A stretch of 64,000 nt of DNA from an uncultured virus (IMG/VR IMGVR_UViG_3300046003_003664). Taxonomy: Duplodnaviria; Heunggongvirae; Uroviricota; Caudoviricetes. Position numbers and translations under genes: made by a program. The DNA is taken from the IMG/VR virus record IMGVR_UViG_3300046003_003664; one strand, given 5' to 3'. Positions 28,505-39,192 of this stretch are shown here, piece after piece (positions within the stretch are counted from its first letter, which is position 1; each line of letters begins with the position of its first letter). The notes under the pieces are model-generated. The model saw only the letters and a list, made by a program, of their open reading frames with translations, did not search any database and was not told where the DNA came from.

Positions 28505-28542
28505 TATTTATATAATATATACTGATTCTGTGTGTTTGTCAA
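28505..28542 (-). promoter_or_regulatory. Overlapping sigma70 (class A) and TATAAATA promoters for tRNA cluster 2
   Basis: TTGACA-17-TATATT with GAATCAG; TATAAATA at 28505-28512. Confidence 0.7.
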
Positions 28543-29747
28543 CAATTATTTTTAACTTTTATTCATAATTTTTAGAAAGGCGGCGAATAGCCTTGGCACT
28601 CATACGTTTTGCATATTTGTTACCGGGGCGACCCCAGCAACCAGCTGCTTTTCGTCCAATTTTTTTATAGAAGTTCATCAGTCAGTCTCCGTTTCGGTAT
28701 ATTTAAATATTATACTGATTCTGTGTGTTTGTCAACAATTAGTTTGTTACCATGGCAGAAAATTTGGAGGGTTCCGTAAAACTAACCATATACAGATCAA
28801 TGTTGTGACAATTCCAGTGATAAAACCAAGAATAAACATCAAGCGGCCTCCACCCAATCACGTTGGGATTGAATAATCATTTCCATCTCAGACCGTTCAG
28901 CAACCTCTTCATAATTCTCGGCAATATCAATCATTGCTTCAAGAATCTGTTGACGGTTATAACCAAACGTATCTGCACGCCGAGCCAAATTTCGCATATT
29001 TTTTGCAAACTCATAGGCGGCTTGAATATCCATAGCATGATTCCTTTTCATTTCACATAGACATATTAATATAATCAGAATCGTTTGTCAACTAATTTAA
29101 TAGTGATTATGATAAGTAATTGTAGAAACAGAGTAAACATGCCCATCAGGTGTATGAGCAATTTTAACTGTCGCTGTATTCCGCCCTTCATTCAGTTTTT
29201 TTACATACTCCGAACTGCCATACTCATTAAATACTACTCGTTTATATCCTCGGGCCAAAATCATCGTGTGAATTTTGTCATAATGCTTATTCTTATCACC
29301 ACGAAATAGAGTCCTAGAAACAGAAGCACTCCCACCATTTTCATAATAGTGAAGACCGAGAGTCGTAAGTTCTGTATGTAACGGAACAAGTTTCAGCATG
29401 ATTAGACCTTTTCACCAAGTTTGTTTATATAGGCCTGCATAAACTGACTCCATTCAACTAAAGGTTCAATTTCACGGAACATTCGATCCATGGCCCAGTA
29501 AGGCCATTCTTGTTCGATTGTAATCTCTACAGCTTTACTGATGCAAGCCTTTGCAAGGTTCCATTCTTGTTGAGAACCTGCATGATGATAACTTGCATCA
29601 TTCAGACACTTTTTGAATTCTTGAAAACCTTCGAGAGGGCATTCAGTTTTTGAGTTCCACGGAGAAACTGCTTTCATTTGGTTTCCTTTACCTTATAGAA
29701 TCAGTATATACTATAAGGGAGGAAATGTCAACAGTTATTTTCAATAA

Positions 29748-30056
29748 TCATATGCCAAAACTTTCACCACAGCCACATTTTGCTTTTGCGTTAGGATTCA
29801 ATACTGTCAGATAGTTGCCACTTAGTTTACGAATGTAATCCACAGTACAACCAAATACAAACATCTCAGCCATAGTATCCAAGACAAGAATGTCTTGCAC
29901 TAATGTACCTTTGTCGGTCTCATCAGTAAAGTTCCATTCATATTTGAACCCACTGCATCCACCACCTTTGACGTTAAGATAAACATATCGTGTGCCGTTA
30001 TCCTCAGTCATCTTAGTAAGATATTCTTTTGCTGTCGATGTAATATTTAAAAGCAT
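29748..30056 (-). CDS. HesB/IscA-like Fe-S cluster assembly protein
   Basis: GGGCSGFKY, NPNA...CGCGESF. Confidence 0.9.
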   Translation of the reverse strand: MLLNITSTAKEYLTKMTEDNGTRYVYLNVKGGGCSGFKYEWNFTDETDKGTLVQDILVLDTMAEMFVFGCTVDYIRKLSGNYLTVLNPNAKAKCGCGESFGI

Positions 30057-30063
30057 TTGTTTT

Positions 30064-30504
30064 TTACTCGCACCATGATTTTTTGGCATCACCATAATAT
30101 TCTCTGGCATAACCATTCTCGATAAGAAGTTTTGTAAGACTTTTACCATCTATGAGAATATCACCAAGAACACGGCCGCCGAACTTGTCCCACTCGTAAA
30201 TTACAATTTCTGTTTTCTTTGCTTCAGCAAGAAGTTTCTTTGTAAATTTACTTGCATCTTCTCCAAGTTTTTTCTCAGAATCACAATTTGCGCGGAATGA
30301 TTTTTCAGGTGTATCTACACCCCAGACGCGTAATGATAACTTTTTGTCGAGTGGTGCTGGAAGAAAGTCTGCTTTAAATTCCACAGTATCACCATCTATC
30401 ACACGAATAATTTCATATGGATATGGCACACCTTTAGGTATTTTTGGTCCTGCTAACCCAATTGAAGGGATTAACAGGACCAATAGAAATATGAATAGTC
30501 TCAT
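30064..30504 (-). CDS. thermonuclease (SNase) family protein with signal peptide
   Basis: RVIDGDT, GVDTPE, DKFGGRVLG, L.ENGYA. Confidence 0.88.
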   Translation of the reverse strand: MRLFIFLLVLLIPSIGLAGPKIPKGVPYPYEIIRVIDGDTVEFKADFLPAPLDKKLSLRVWGVDTPEKSFRANCDSEKKLGEDASKFTKKLLAEAKKTEIVIYEWDKFGGRVLGDILIDGKSLTKLLIENGYAREYYGDAKKSWCE

Positions 30505-30665
30505 AAAATAACTCCTTTTGGAGCTATTTATTAGAAATAAGTCCCAGCCAATGATTCAAGTGTTGTTGAATACTTGTAGTCTTCCGTGAAGAACCAGCAT
30601 AAAGAACTTCCTCACCTGGCTCGATCTTCTGGTCAAACTCGTTTACATATGATTCTTCAACAAAC

Positions 30666-31361
30666 TCAGTCATGTTCATATTCCTCTACTTCAATACCAT
30701 TAGTTGAAACAACTACTTTGGAGTGGTCACCAAACATAGCGCGCATAAGATCTTCATCAATACCAGAGATCATACTTTGGATCTCTTTGTAATCCTTTTT
30801 TAGATTTGGATAATTTGACACAACTAACTCTGCAGTCTGAAGCTGATCTTGAACACTCTCCTTTGAAACATAATGTGGTTTCCATTCACTCATAAGATCT
30901 TCTTCAGTCTTGTATTCACGTCTATTGTAAGAATACGAACTACTAGTATCAAAAGGATTGCGATTATATCGTTTGATATATTCTTCTTTATGCTTTCGAG
31001 CTTCTCCCATGGGATCTTTTTCCCATGCTTCCCATTTTGCAATATGTTCTTTCAAGTTATTGATATTATCTTTGTCGTATATTTCGGAACCTTCGTACTC
31101 GCAAGCATCTTCGTCATTCTTCAAAAGAATATGTACGTCATGCACGCTAAATTCACATGCTTCACCATCATTAAAGTGAGGTGTATACTGTGTCCAGAAA
31201 ATACTTTCGACAACTTCATCATATTTTTCTAGAAAGCCACGGAATGCTTCCTTCATTAGTTCCTTTGAGTTTTCACGCATTTTCTCATTCAGAGCATTAA
31301 TTTGCTCCTGAAGAGTTTTGTGTTCTTTCTTCAATGTATTAAGCAATTTTTCGTCCATCAA
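30666..31361 (-). CDS. hypothetical protein
   Basis: WTQYTPHFNDGE.CEF; 231 aa. Confidence 0.7.
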   Translation of the reverse strand: MMDEKLLNTLKKEHKTLQEQINALNEKMRENSKELMKEAFRGFLEKYDEVVESIFWTQYTPHFNDGEACEFSVHDVHILLKNDEDACEYEGSEIYDKDNINNLKEHIAKWEAWEKDPMGEARKHKEEYIKRYNRNPFDTSSSYSYNRREYKTEEDLMSEWKPHYVSKESVQDQLQTAELVVSNYPNLKKDYKEIQSMISGIDEDLMRAMFGDHSKVVVSTNGIEVEEYEHD

Positions 31362-31720
31362 TCAGCCTCCATACCGATGCTTTCAACATATGTTTTCAAC
31401 CCTTTACCTACCATCCAATTCTTTGGTGGTAGATCACCCAACCATTCATCAATAGTCGGAATTTTACCTTGGCAATCCTCTTTAACATGATCTTCTGCAA
31501 CATCACGGACAGAGATCTTCTTACCATCACTATTTACAATATAGACACCAAACAATTGTTCGGCAAGGAAAATACCAAACGTGTTGTGTAGAATTGCACG
31601 ATGGTAAAAATTTGCAGTGGATGCTTTGGTGCTATCAAACCAGTTGTGAATTTGAAGATAATCTTCTTCTACCCCACCATACCGTTTTACTGAGTTACGA
31701 GCATGAATAAGAGGTTTCAT
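31358..31720 (-). CDS. His-rich hypothetical protein
   Basis: HA.NS..RYGG, IH.WFD, HRA.LH, HV.ED. Confidence 0.7.
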   Translation of the reverse strand: MKPLIHARNSVKRYGGVEEDYLQIHNWFDSTKASTANFYHRAILHNTFGIFLAEQLFGVYIVNSDGKKISVRDVAEDHVKEDCQGKIPTIDEWLGDLPPKNWMVGKGLKTYVESIGMEAD

Positions 31721-32229
31721 TTTACTTCTTCACCATGTAGAATACGAAGAATCTTTGACGCAAGCTCGTATTCACCAGCTTGAGAACCGTATTGGAAACC
31801 GTCAGAATATACATCGTCTGCATTGCCAAAACTAAACGGCATACCGTCGCTATCAAGACCCATATCATAGAATGTTACATCTTCGCCTTCAGGTCTCTCT
31901 TCTTTTAACTCTGATAGTGTGGCGTTGCCACTTGCCAATACTTTATTGACTAGATCGTAGATAAAATCAAGCTTGTCCATCGTTCTTTTTCCCATAGTAT
32001 AGATTATCAAAATCACAGTTCAGATGATTTCCATCCTTGAAAAGGATCTCATTATCAGTTGGAACAGGTCCGACCTTTTGTTTCCATAGTTTACGAAAGC
32101 TTTGATAGTTCATTATATAATCTCCATGATATAATTTAATAGTAGTATAACATATTTTATGCAAAATGTCAACAAATTTGTTATTGAACCGTATATCCTT
32201 TATAAATAATAAAAATAAAGGAGAATGAA

Positions 32230-33012
32230 TTGTTTATAGAAAATAAATACACCAAAATATACTATTCGATCATATATAATGCAAAAGCTAAATCAAGAAT
32301 AAAAGGTGATATGTATTATGAAAATCATCATATAAAACCAAAATCATTAGGTGGTAATAATGATAAAGATAATCTTGTTTTATTAACACCGAGAGAACAT
32401 TTTATATGCCATTTACTACTTGCAAAAATTACCTTAGATTCTGATAGAATAAAAATGATTTATGCTCTTAGAAGATTAGCAAATAGTAACATAGTTTTAA
32501 ACTCTCGGCAGTATGATGTGGTAAGAAATTTGCATATATCTGTATTAAAATCTATCCCTAAATCCGAAGAACATAAAAAGAAAATATCAGAAGCAAATAA
32601 AGGAAGAAAATTAACACGTGAACACAGGGAAAAGTTAAGAAAACCTAAAACTGAAGAGCATAAGGACAAGTTAAGAAAACCAAAATTAAATTCAGAAAAT
32701 ATGGGCAGATATGAAAGAACAGAAGAAACCAGAAGAAAAATGAGTGAATCTCATATAGGTTTACAGTTTGGTGAAAAGAATCCAATGTTCGGAAAAAAGC
32801 ATACCGAAGAAGTTAAATTAGCACATTCCGAAAGAATGAAAGGTAATCAGAATGGGAAGGGTTGGATTCCTTCTGAAGATGCTCGGGCCAAAATGTTAGC
32901 CCGAGCAAAAAATCGTAAAGTAACTGTTTGTCCATACTGTCAAGGTTCTTATGTAGGTTCTAATTACACAAGATGGCACGGAGACAATTGCAAATTAAAA
33001 GTCGTATCGTGA
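32230..33012 (+). CDS. HNH homing endonuclease with NUMOD3 repeats
   Basis: ENHHIKPKSLGG...NLVLLTPREHFICHLLL; late promoter TATAAATA at 32201. Confidence 0.85.
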   Translation: MFIENKYTKIYYSIIYNAKAKSRIKGDMYYENHHIKPKSLGGNNDKDNLVLLTPREHFICHLLLAKITLDSDRIKMIYALRRLANSNIVLNSRQYDVVRNLHISVLKSIPKSEEHKKKISEANKGRKLTREHREKLRKPKTEEHKDKLRKPKLNSENMGRYERTEETRRKMSESHIGLQFGEKNPMFGKKHTEEVKLAHSERMKGNQNGKGWIPSEDARAKMLARAKNRKVTVCPYCQGSYVGSNYTRWHGDNCKLKVVS

Positions 33013-34458
33013 ATCCATGATTACTTTCATCATCATAGCTTGAGGCGTAAACTCTTCTGGGTTTGCACCTAGAACAGTTGCCATAATTGATGGGCTAAAC
33101 CCTGATACAATGACAACCCCCTGATCATTAACCTTTACAGGAGATTGATCTGCACTTGCCCTAGCAGCTAGGTTCCAGAAGATAATTTTTGGGCAATTAT
33201 ATCCAGCATCACGATATTTTTGGCGAGCCATTTCTAGTGCGGTCGCGTCAGTACCACGGATTGCTGCATCATTAAATTGCATATCACTCATGATGGCAAT
33301 AAATTCTGGCATATTATCTGGTGCAACATTACCACTCTTCGCAGTCTGTAGTAGACTATCGAAAGCCTTGGTAAGGTTGGTGTCGTAACCAACAGCACCT
33401 GACATCTGGCGCATCTTCTGGGAAAGTGTACCCTTCAGAACCTGAATAGTTGCAGAACTGGTGAAAGTAATGAACATATCCTTGAAGTCAGATGAAGTCT
33501 TGGAAGATAGATACAGACCTAGTGAAAGGGCAATATCCATGGCAGTCATACCACCAGCGAGCATAGTACCCATGGAACCTGACACGTCGACCATTGGCAT
33601 GATCTTGGTGTCACCGACATAGTTTGGCAGAGCATCGAACTGTGCGTTAGCAACAGCCTCGTTACCATGACGAAGTGACTTGACAACATCGTATGGGTAA
33701 ACTGCACCAGCATTGATCTTGACCTTTGGATCACGCTCTTCCTGTGGCTTCTGAAGCTCACGGATATAAGCAGAGTAAGCATCAGCGGCATTCTTACCGA
33801 AAGCCTTCTGGTAACGGGCAGAAGCAAGTGATGGAACATGCGAGAAGTTAATCTCGTCCCAGCGCTTGGCACACATCAGAGACTCAACAACACGAGTCGA
33901 ACCAACAAGAATCTGACGATACTCCTTTGGAGAGAGCATCATGAACTTGCGCAGTTCGCTTGCGTTCTTTAGCTTCTCCATCTTACCTGGAGTAGTTGAC
34001 TTCTTGCTTGATGCAAGACGTGGAGCCCACTTTGCGGCAAGACCGTCACCATTCATGAGTGCGTCAGCAAACATGCGGAGTGCATTTTTGCGGTTAGCAG
34101 GATCACGATATGCAAAGAGGTCGTCCCAACGGCCAAGTTCTGGAACCTTGTGCATGATGCGACCAGCTAGTGCTGGGCTCTGTGCTTCGAGTGAACGAAG
34201 AAGATTACGGAAGGTCTGGCGCTCACCAGCACCGGAACGGACGTCACGTGCCCATAGAAGAACACGAACAGCTAGGTTCTCATCTTCTGCAAGTGCAGCG
34301 GAGAACGAAGGTGTCAGGTCACGACCACGGCTTGAACCGATCTTACCGAAAAGGTCAAGGACCTTAGAGTCGGAAGTTGCCCATGCCTTCATACCGTTCT
34401 CGGTACGAGATACCTCCGCTGATTTTTGATTTGCAACTGCTTGTGAAAAAGTAGCCAT
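32995..34458 (-). CDS. DUF2828 / TROVE(Ro60)-like helical-repeat plus vWA protein
   Basis: RDVRSGAGER, GRWDDL, AAKWAPR, VDVSGSM (MIDAS), SDMQF, FWNL, SGFS. Confidence 0.8.
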   Translation of the reverse strand: MATFSQAVANQKSAEVSRTENGMKAWATSDSKVLDLFGKIGSSRGRDLTPSFSAALAEDENLAVRVLLWARDVRSGAGERQTFRNLLRSLEAQSPALAGRIMHKVPELGRWDDLFAYRDPANRKNALRMFADALMNGDGLAAKWAPRLASSKKSTTPGKMEKLKNASELRKFMMLSPKEYRQILVGSTRVVESLMCAKRWDEINFSHVPSLASARYQKAFGKNAADAYSAYIRELQKPQEERDPKVKINAGAVYPYDVVKSLRHGNEAVANAQFDALPNYVGDTKIMPMVDVSGSMGTMLAGGMTAMDIALSLGLYLSSKTSSDFKDMFITFTSSATIQVLKGTLSQKMRQMSGAVGYDTNLTKAFDSLLQTAKSGNVAPDNMPEFIAIMSDMQFNDAAIRGTDATALEMARQKYRDAGYNCPKIIFWNLAARASADQSPVKVNDQGVVIVSGFSPSIMATVLGANPEEFTPQAMMMKVIMDSRYDF

Positions 34459-34472
34459 AATGTAGTTCCTTC

Positions 34473-34529
34473 CAGGTTAGTTTTTGTGTTTTCAATATAA
34501 ACATTATTAGGTTCTGCGGAACCTAACCT
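34473..34529 (-). promoter_or_regulatory. Bulged stem next to the RBS of the DUF2828 gene (possible autoregulatory site)
   Basis: AGGTTAG-GTTCCGCAG...AAAAA-CTAACCTG directly before GAAGGA RBS. Confidence 0.45.
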
Positions 34530-34813
34530 TTGGATGTTAGTTTAATTTATACCAATTCTTTGGGTTTGTCAACAGATTTTTTAGAGTACACTGTAAAATA
34601 AAAATTTGTTTCTGCCATATCGTCTTTATATCGCCAGAACATTTCTTTTTTCTTTTGGGGTAGTGTATCGAACCATTGCCAGAATTGTTGCTTAAATTCT
34701 AGATATTCGGGGTGTTTTCTGTCCATTTACTTCACAGAGTTATGTTTACATTTATATCAGTATTTCTGAAAATGTATTATTAAATTTAAATTAAATGTGA
34801 CTATTAAATGGTA

Positions 34814-35794
34814 TTATATTTCATACACGATTATGACAAGACCATTTCCGCCCTTGCCAGACGTTACGGCGGATTCAGTTGCTACACCGCCGCTTCCGGC
34901 TCCATACGTAGGAGATCCTGAAGCACCGGATCTATTCCCATCAGACGCATCAAAACTCAGAATAGCCGACCCTAAGAATGGTTGTGACCTATTACTTGCG
35001 TAAGTCGCGATTGTAGGATATGCGCTATATCCTGAAACTTTAATACCGACTGTAGTTGCGCCTGTTGTGGAACTTACAGCAGTGCCGGCATCAACACTTA
35101 AGAATCTTGGAGCTCCGCCACCCGCAGCAGATGTGCGCACATCACTTCCACTTACGCTGTATCCTCCTCCTAATCCTCCGGTAAGATTTAATGTATTACC
35201 ACCAGATGCAGATCCACCAGCACCACCGCTTCCAGAAGTTGAGTCTCCACCGCCTGATGTTGCTTGAGAACCCTGCCCGCCTAGGCCGCCCGACCCGGTC
35301 ATATTTAAGCCTAGTCCTATAAAACTAGATGCAGTGCCAGCATTTCCACTTATAGCATTTCGTTCTCCACCAACGCCGACTCCAGTTCCTCCAGCTCCAA
35401 TAGTAACAGTAGCAGAACCTGAAGTTGTTCCTGGTATAACACTATATGATACACCGCCGGCTCCGCCGCCACCAGCCCCAGCAACACCGTCGGTATTACC
35501 AAAAGTACCTACGTTTCTTGCAGGCCAACCCATTCCGCCAGAACCGCCAGCCCCAATAGTAAAGATATGAATAAATCTAGCAAGATTAAGTTTTGGGGTC
35601 CATGTCTTTGAAGCCGTAATTGTTTCGACTACAACAAAAGTTTTTTCGTAGGTCGTGGACATAGATATTGGTCCATTTGTAGGTAGACCACTTGCCAACC
35701 CATAATACTCGGACAAACTAATCGGCGCGACTCCGCCAAACTCAGTTTGTATCTCGGTCATAGTTAATGCACTTCCGCTGGGTTTAATTGACAC
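34814..35794 (-). CDS. glycine-rich virion fibre-like protein
   Basis: IQTEFGG..PISLSEYY N-terminus, GAGGSGG repeats, GGNG.VIIVYE C-terminus. Confidence 0.7.
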   Translation of the reverse strand: MSIKPSGSALTMTEIQTEFGGVAPISLSEYYGLASGLPTNGPISMSTTYEKTFVVVETITASKTWTPKLNLARFIHIFTIGAGGSGGMGWPARNVGTFGNTDGVAGAGGGGAGGVSYSVIPGTTSGSATVTIGAGGTGVGVGGERNAISGNAGTASSFIGLGLNMTGSGGLGGQGSQATSGGGDSTSGSGGAGGSASGGNTLNLTGGLGGGYSVSGSDVRTSAAGGGAPRFLSVDAGTAVSSTTGATTVGIKVSGYSAYPTIATYASNRSQPFLGSAILSFDASDGNRSGASGSPTYGAGSGGVATESAVTSGKGGNGLVIIVYEI

Positions 35795-35840
35795 GGTTTG
35801 TATTCTTTCTAGTTAGTGTGAGATTTCTATATTGATATAT

Positions 35841-36458
35841 TTATACTATACAGCAATCTTCCAAAACCTTCTTGCGAATTACTTTATGAAGGCCTGGGTT
35901 AACAACAAGCGCTTTGGGAACAATTTCGTGACGGATGAAGTTGCGCATATATTTTGTATCTTGATTTGAAGAGTCTTCGATCCAAGGGACATTATTATTT
36001 CGGCACCAGTTTGTAAATTCGGATTTTTGATTTAGTCTAAATGGACGAATAACATTCCTATGTGAATATGGAATAATTCTACCGTTACCATTTAATGAAT
36101 TAAAAATCCAAGTTTCGACACAATCATCTAAATGGTGACAAGTAATAATTGGATGTGGGTAATATGAATGAAACCACTCATATCGCTGAGTTCTCCAATA
36201 TTCTTCCCATGAATCTGATTTGGCTTTTGAATTTGTCAAACCGCCAATATCTAGACTCATACGACCAAATTCAATACTTTGTAAATACTTATCTTTCAAA
36301 AACTCAAGAGCTTCACGAGAAGTCTCAGTTCCATGGTCAAAAAACATAAGGTTGACTTTATGATTCTTCATCAAGAAGTCAACAACTGCCATAGAGTCTA
36401 CGCCACCAGAACAGGCAACGTAGACTTCACGATCAAGTTTACCTTGAATTTGGATCAT
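35841..36458 (-). CDS. tilS: tRNA(Ile)-lysidine synthetase, minimal
   Basis: SGGVDS PP-loop, HHLDD.VET, IRP, ED.SN, RN.IRH. Confidence 0.85.
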   Translation of the reverse strand: MIQIQGKLDREVYVACSGGVDSMAVVDFLMKNHKVNLMFFDHGTETSREALEFLKDKYLQSIEFGRMSLDIGGLTNSKAKSDSWEEYWRTQRYEWFHSYYPHPIITCHHLDDCVETWIFNSLNGNGRIIPYSHRNVIRPFRLNQKSEFTNWCRNNNVPWIEDSSNQDTKYMRNFIRHEIVPKALVVNPGLHKVIRKKVLEDCCIV

Positions 36459-36598
36459 TCAACTTCAAACCCATCTTCTTCTGCTTGTTCAAGTAGAGTA
36501 CGAATATAGTCAAGATACTCTTCGATAGTCATATCCATGTAAGTTCTCCATTCCTTATATTTTCATATTATACCGATTCGGGCGTTATGTCAACACTT

Positions 36599-37009
36599 TT
36601 ATGTTTCTATAACTCGTTTTCTCAAGTCACTAGAACTAAACCGATGATCTCTAGTATTGAAGTATAAGCGAATACCACGTTGTTTACAGATTTCACGAGC
36701 TGTAAAATCTTTATTCTTGTATTCTTCGCCTAAGATACGAACAGTAATTGGAAACATCTGTGTAATATCTTCCAGATCTTTCTCTGTTTGATAGCATATA
36801 ACTTCATCTACATACTTTACAGCAGATAATTGTACATATCGTTCAACCAATGTTTGAATTGGTTTATTCTTTTCTGGCCTGTCAATAGTTGGGTCAGTTT
36901 GCAAGGCAGCAATTAAATAGTCACACTGTGTTTTTGCTTCTCTCAACATCATAATATGACCAGCGTGTAGCAAATCAAAACACGATGTTACAAGTCCGAT
37001 TTCTTTCAT
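36599..37009 (-). CDS. cytidylyltransferase (TagD-like)
   Basis: FDLLHAGH (HIGH-type), R.H.FSSS. Confidence 0.85.
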   Translation of the reverse strand: MKEIGLVTSCFDLLHAGHIMMLREAKTQCDYLIAALQTDPTIDRPEKNKPIQTLVERYVQLSAVKYVDEVICYQTEKDLEDITQMFPITVRILGEEYKNKDFTAREICKQRGIRLYFNTRDHRFSSSDLRKRVIET

Positions 37010-37732
37010 TTATTCCTCGCGTATCATCAAGAGTGAATTGTATGTATCTAACCAACTATTAACATTAATAGAGTAATCACACAGTATTGCAGCGTCATAA
37101 TCGTTACCACCAGGGAAGATCTGATCGCCAAAATAATAAATTATATCTGTTTTTTCTGTACGTATTTTACTTATGGCTTGTGATTTACCAAAACCTTTTT
37201 TAAAGATATCTAAACCTGTTTCACCACCGATATATACATCTATATGATCAAATTTATCTTTTATCTTATTGTAAAATAGTTTTCGTTCTTGGGTTTTACT
37301 GTCCCAATCAACATATTGTTCTCTCTGTTTAAATGAACAATTTCTACCCGGTATCGAGAAATTAACCATACCTTTTCTAAACTCGATATGATTGCCTGTT
37401 TTCTCTGGAAATTGTGATTCATCTAGAAGTATTTCAAGATAATTTACAATTTCTTGATCTGGTTTCCAATTACTTGAATACACTAGATAATTTTTATTCC
37501 ATACTTCATTACCTGCACAATTGAATGAAAGCTGCGCAGAATTAAATATAGTTTTACCGATTTGTTCTACAGTTTTTGGCTTGTCACTTCCTGTAACAAA
37601 ATATACTAAATTTGTTTCACAGAATGTTTTAAAAAACTTTGCAAAATCTTTTTCTATAACTTTACGAGATTGCGTAAGAGTACCGTCAACATCAAATACA
37701 AATTTTCTAGTCAAGATGTTCAACATATCCAC
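37010..37732 (-). CDS. phosphomannomutase, eukaryote-type (HAD-IIB)
   Basis: FDVDGTL, IEFRKGMVNFS..GR, FGDQ..GGNDY. Confidence 0.82.
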   Translation of the reverse strand: MDMLNILTRKFVFDVDGTLTQSRKVIEKDFAKFFKTFCETNLVYFVTGSDKPKTVEQIGKTIFNSAQLSFNCAGNEVWNKNYLVYSSNWKPDQEIVNYLEILLDESQFPEKTGNHIEFRKGMVNFSIPGRNCSFKQREQYVDWDSKTQERKLFYNKIKDKFDHIDVYIGGETGLDIFKKGFGKSQAISKIRTEKTDIIYYFGDQIFPGGNDYDAAILCDYSINVNSWLDTYNSLLMIREE

Positions 37733-38300
37733 AGTGATTTATATAATCATGGATTGTTTCTAGTGATTCTTCCATATGATCAAACCTATGGCTCCCACCT
37801 TCAAACCGCTTCATCGGGAATTCTTTTAGAACTAATTCTGTTCCACCAGATCCAATAACTTCATCACCCATATCCAAAAGAACCAAAGGAAGATATTTGT
37901 AAGTTTTATCTTGCCCGTAGATATACTTCGAATTGTATGTATCAACAACTTCACTAGTTAAAACATTAGTGATAGCTGTATGATAGTTTGTTGTTATAAC
38001 ACCTTCATACCTACGAAGCATTGAACTAGGATCATAACAAGGGTTAATAATAACCGAAGGACATCCATAATGCTTTCCCATTTGCGCCGCCCAGAAACCG
38101 CCAAGTGAGGTTCCTACGAAAATAACTTCATCCGACCGATCACTTGGTACTTGAGATGTGATGTATGAGAAAATTTCATCATATGATACATAAGTATCAT
38201 ATGTGATACCGATTACTTCTCCTAGAGAAGATAGTGTTTTTACTTTACTTGCTTCTGGATCAAAAGCAGAATTAAAGCCGTGAAGGTAGATATAGATCAT
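37707..38300 (-). CDS. YqiA/YcfP-like alpha/beta esterase
   Basis: YLHGFNS, GTSLGG, INP, GGSHRF. Confidence 0.85.
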   Translation of the reverse strand: MIYIYLHGFNSAFDPEASKVKTLSSLGEVIGITYDTYVSYDEIFSYITSQVPSDRSDEVIFVGTSLGGFWAAQMGKHYGCPSVIINPCYDPSSMLRRYEGVITTNYHTAITNVLTSEVVDTYNSKYIYGQDKTYKYLPLVLLDMGDEVIGSGGTELVLKEFPMKRFEGGSHRFDHMEESLETIHDYINHCGYVEHLD

Positions 38301-38346
38301 AATATTTCTCCGTATAGAATCAGTATATACTATACTTACTTAAATG

Positions 38347-38961
38347 TCAACTAAAAATTTTTAAATTCGGAGTTCCCATAGAAACTTTTAGGTGCATTTC
38401 TCCGCCAAGTTCTCTTACATAGAAATACGGTTTTAATTGTGGGAATTTATCATAAGTAAATTTATCTTTGACATCCAAGTTTTGCACGCCAAACTTTTCG
38501 ACATGAAGTACTTTCTCTCCAGAGATTTTTTCCAATTGTTCTGGTGTAAACAAAAATCGTTCCAGTGTTTCCCAAGGAACTGCTTTCATCATAGTTCCAA
38601 GTGCAGGGCCAGATTTTTCTCCATATGAAACACCAAGAGATGCTTTGAATATATCACCAACTACTTTTTTACCAAGATCAGACCCATCAGTAGCAATAGC
38701 AACAGACTTTCGGCCACCTTTGTCTTTGTAAAATACTGCGGCAAGTACTTTATCACCTTTAGTATAAAGTTTCCAAAATGGAATATTATCAATCATATCT
38801 TGCTTTGAGTTAAAACCATTACCTTTAACACCGCCAATTGGAGCATATGATTTTTTCAGAATTTCCCATGTTTGATCAGCCCAGAGTTCTCTCTGAGTTA
38901 TTGATGATGGTCCTATAAAATTCTTGTAATTTTCAGAAAGAAAATCTTTAAAAGAAAGCAT
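38347..38961 (-). CDS. hypothetical protein
   Basis: 204 aa ORF with GGAG RBS. Confidence 0.7.
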   Translation of the reverse strand: MLSFKDFLSENYKNFIGPSSITQRELWADQTWEILKKSYAPIGGVKGNGFNSKQDMIDNIPFWKLYTKGDKVLAAVFYKDKGGRKSVAIATDGSDLGKKVVGDIFKASLGVSYGEKSGPALGTMMKAVPWETLERFLFTPEQLEKISGEKVLHVEKFGVQNLDVKDKFTYDKFPQLKPYFYVRELGGEMHLKVSMGTPNLKIFS

Positions 38962-39192
38962 GAAAAACTCCAGTTATTTTTCACTTATTTATATGAATCG
39001 TGTATTTCTTGTGCGCATGCTTTAATAGCATCTAGATCTTGTGTTGGAGAAATTCCAGAGAACGCATCCCAATACATAACATCATCATAAAAGATACGAA
39101 AGTCACCTGATTTTGCGGCAGGTGACTTTGCTAGATACATTGGTAGTTTATCGTGGTGAACCCATTCAAGCATTCTTATCTCCATAAAAAGT

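Noticed and set aside
34814..35794. Higher-GC Gly-rich segment as a repeat array or foreign element
   Set aside because: Explained by Gly/Ala/Ser codons of a fibre-like protein.
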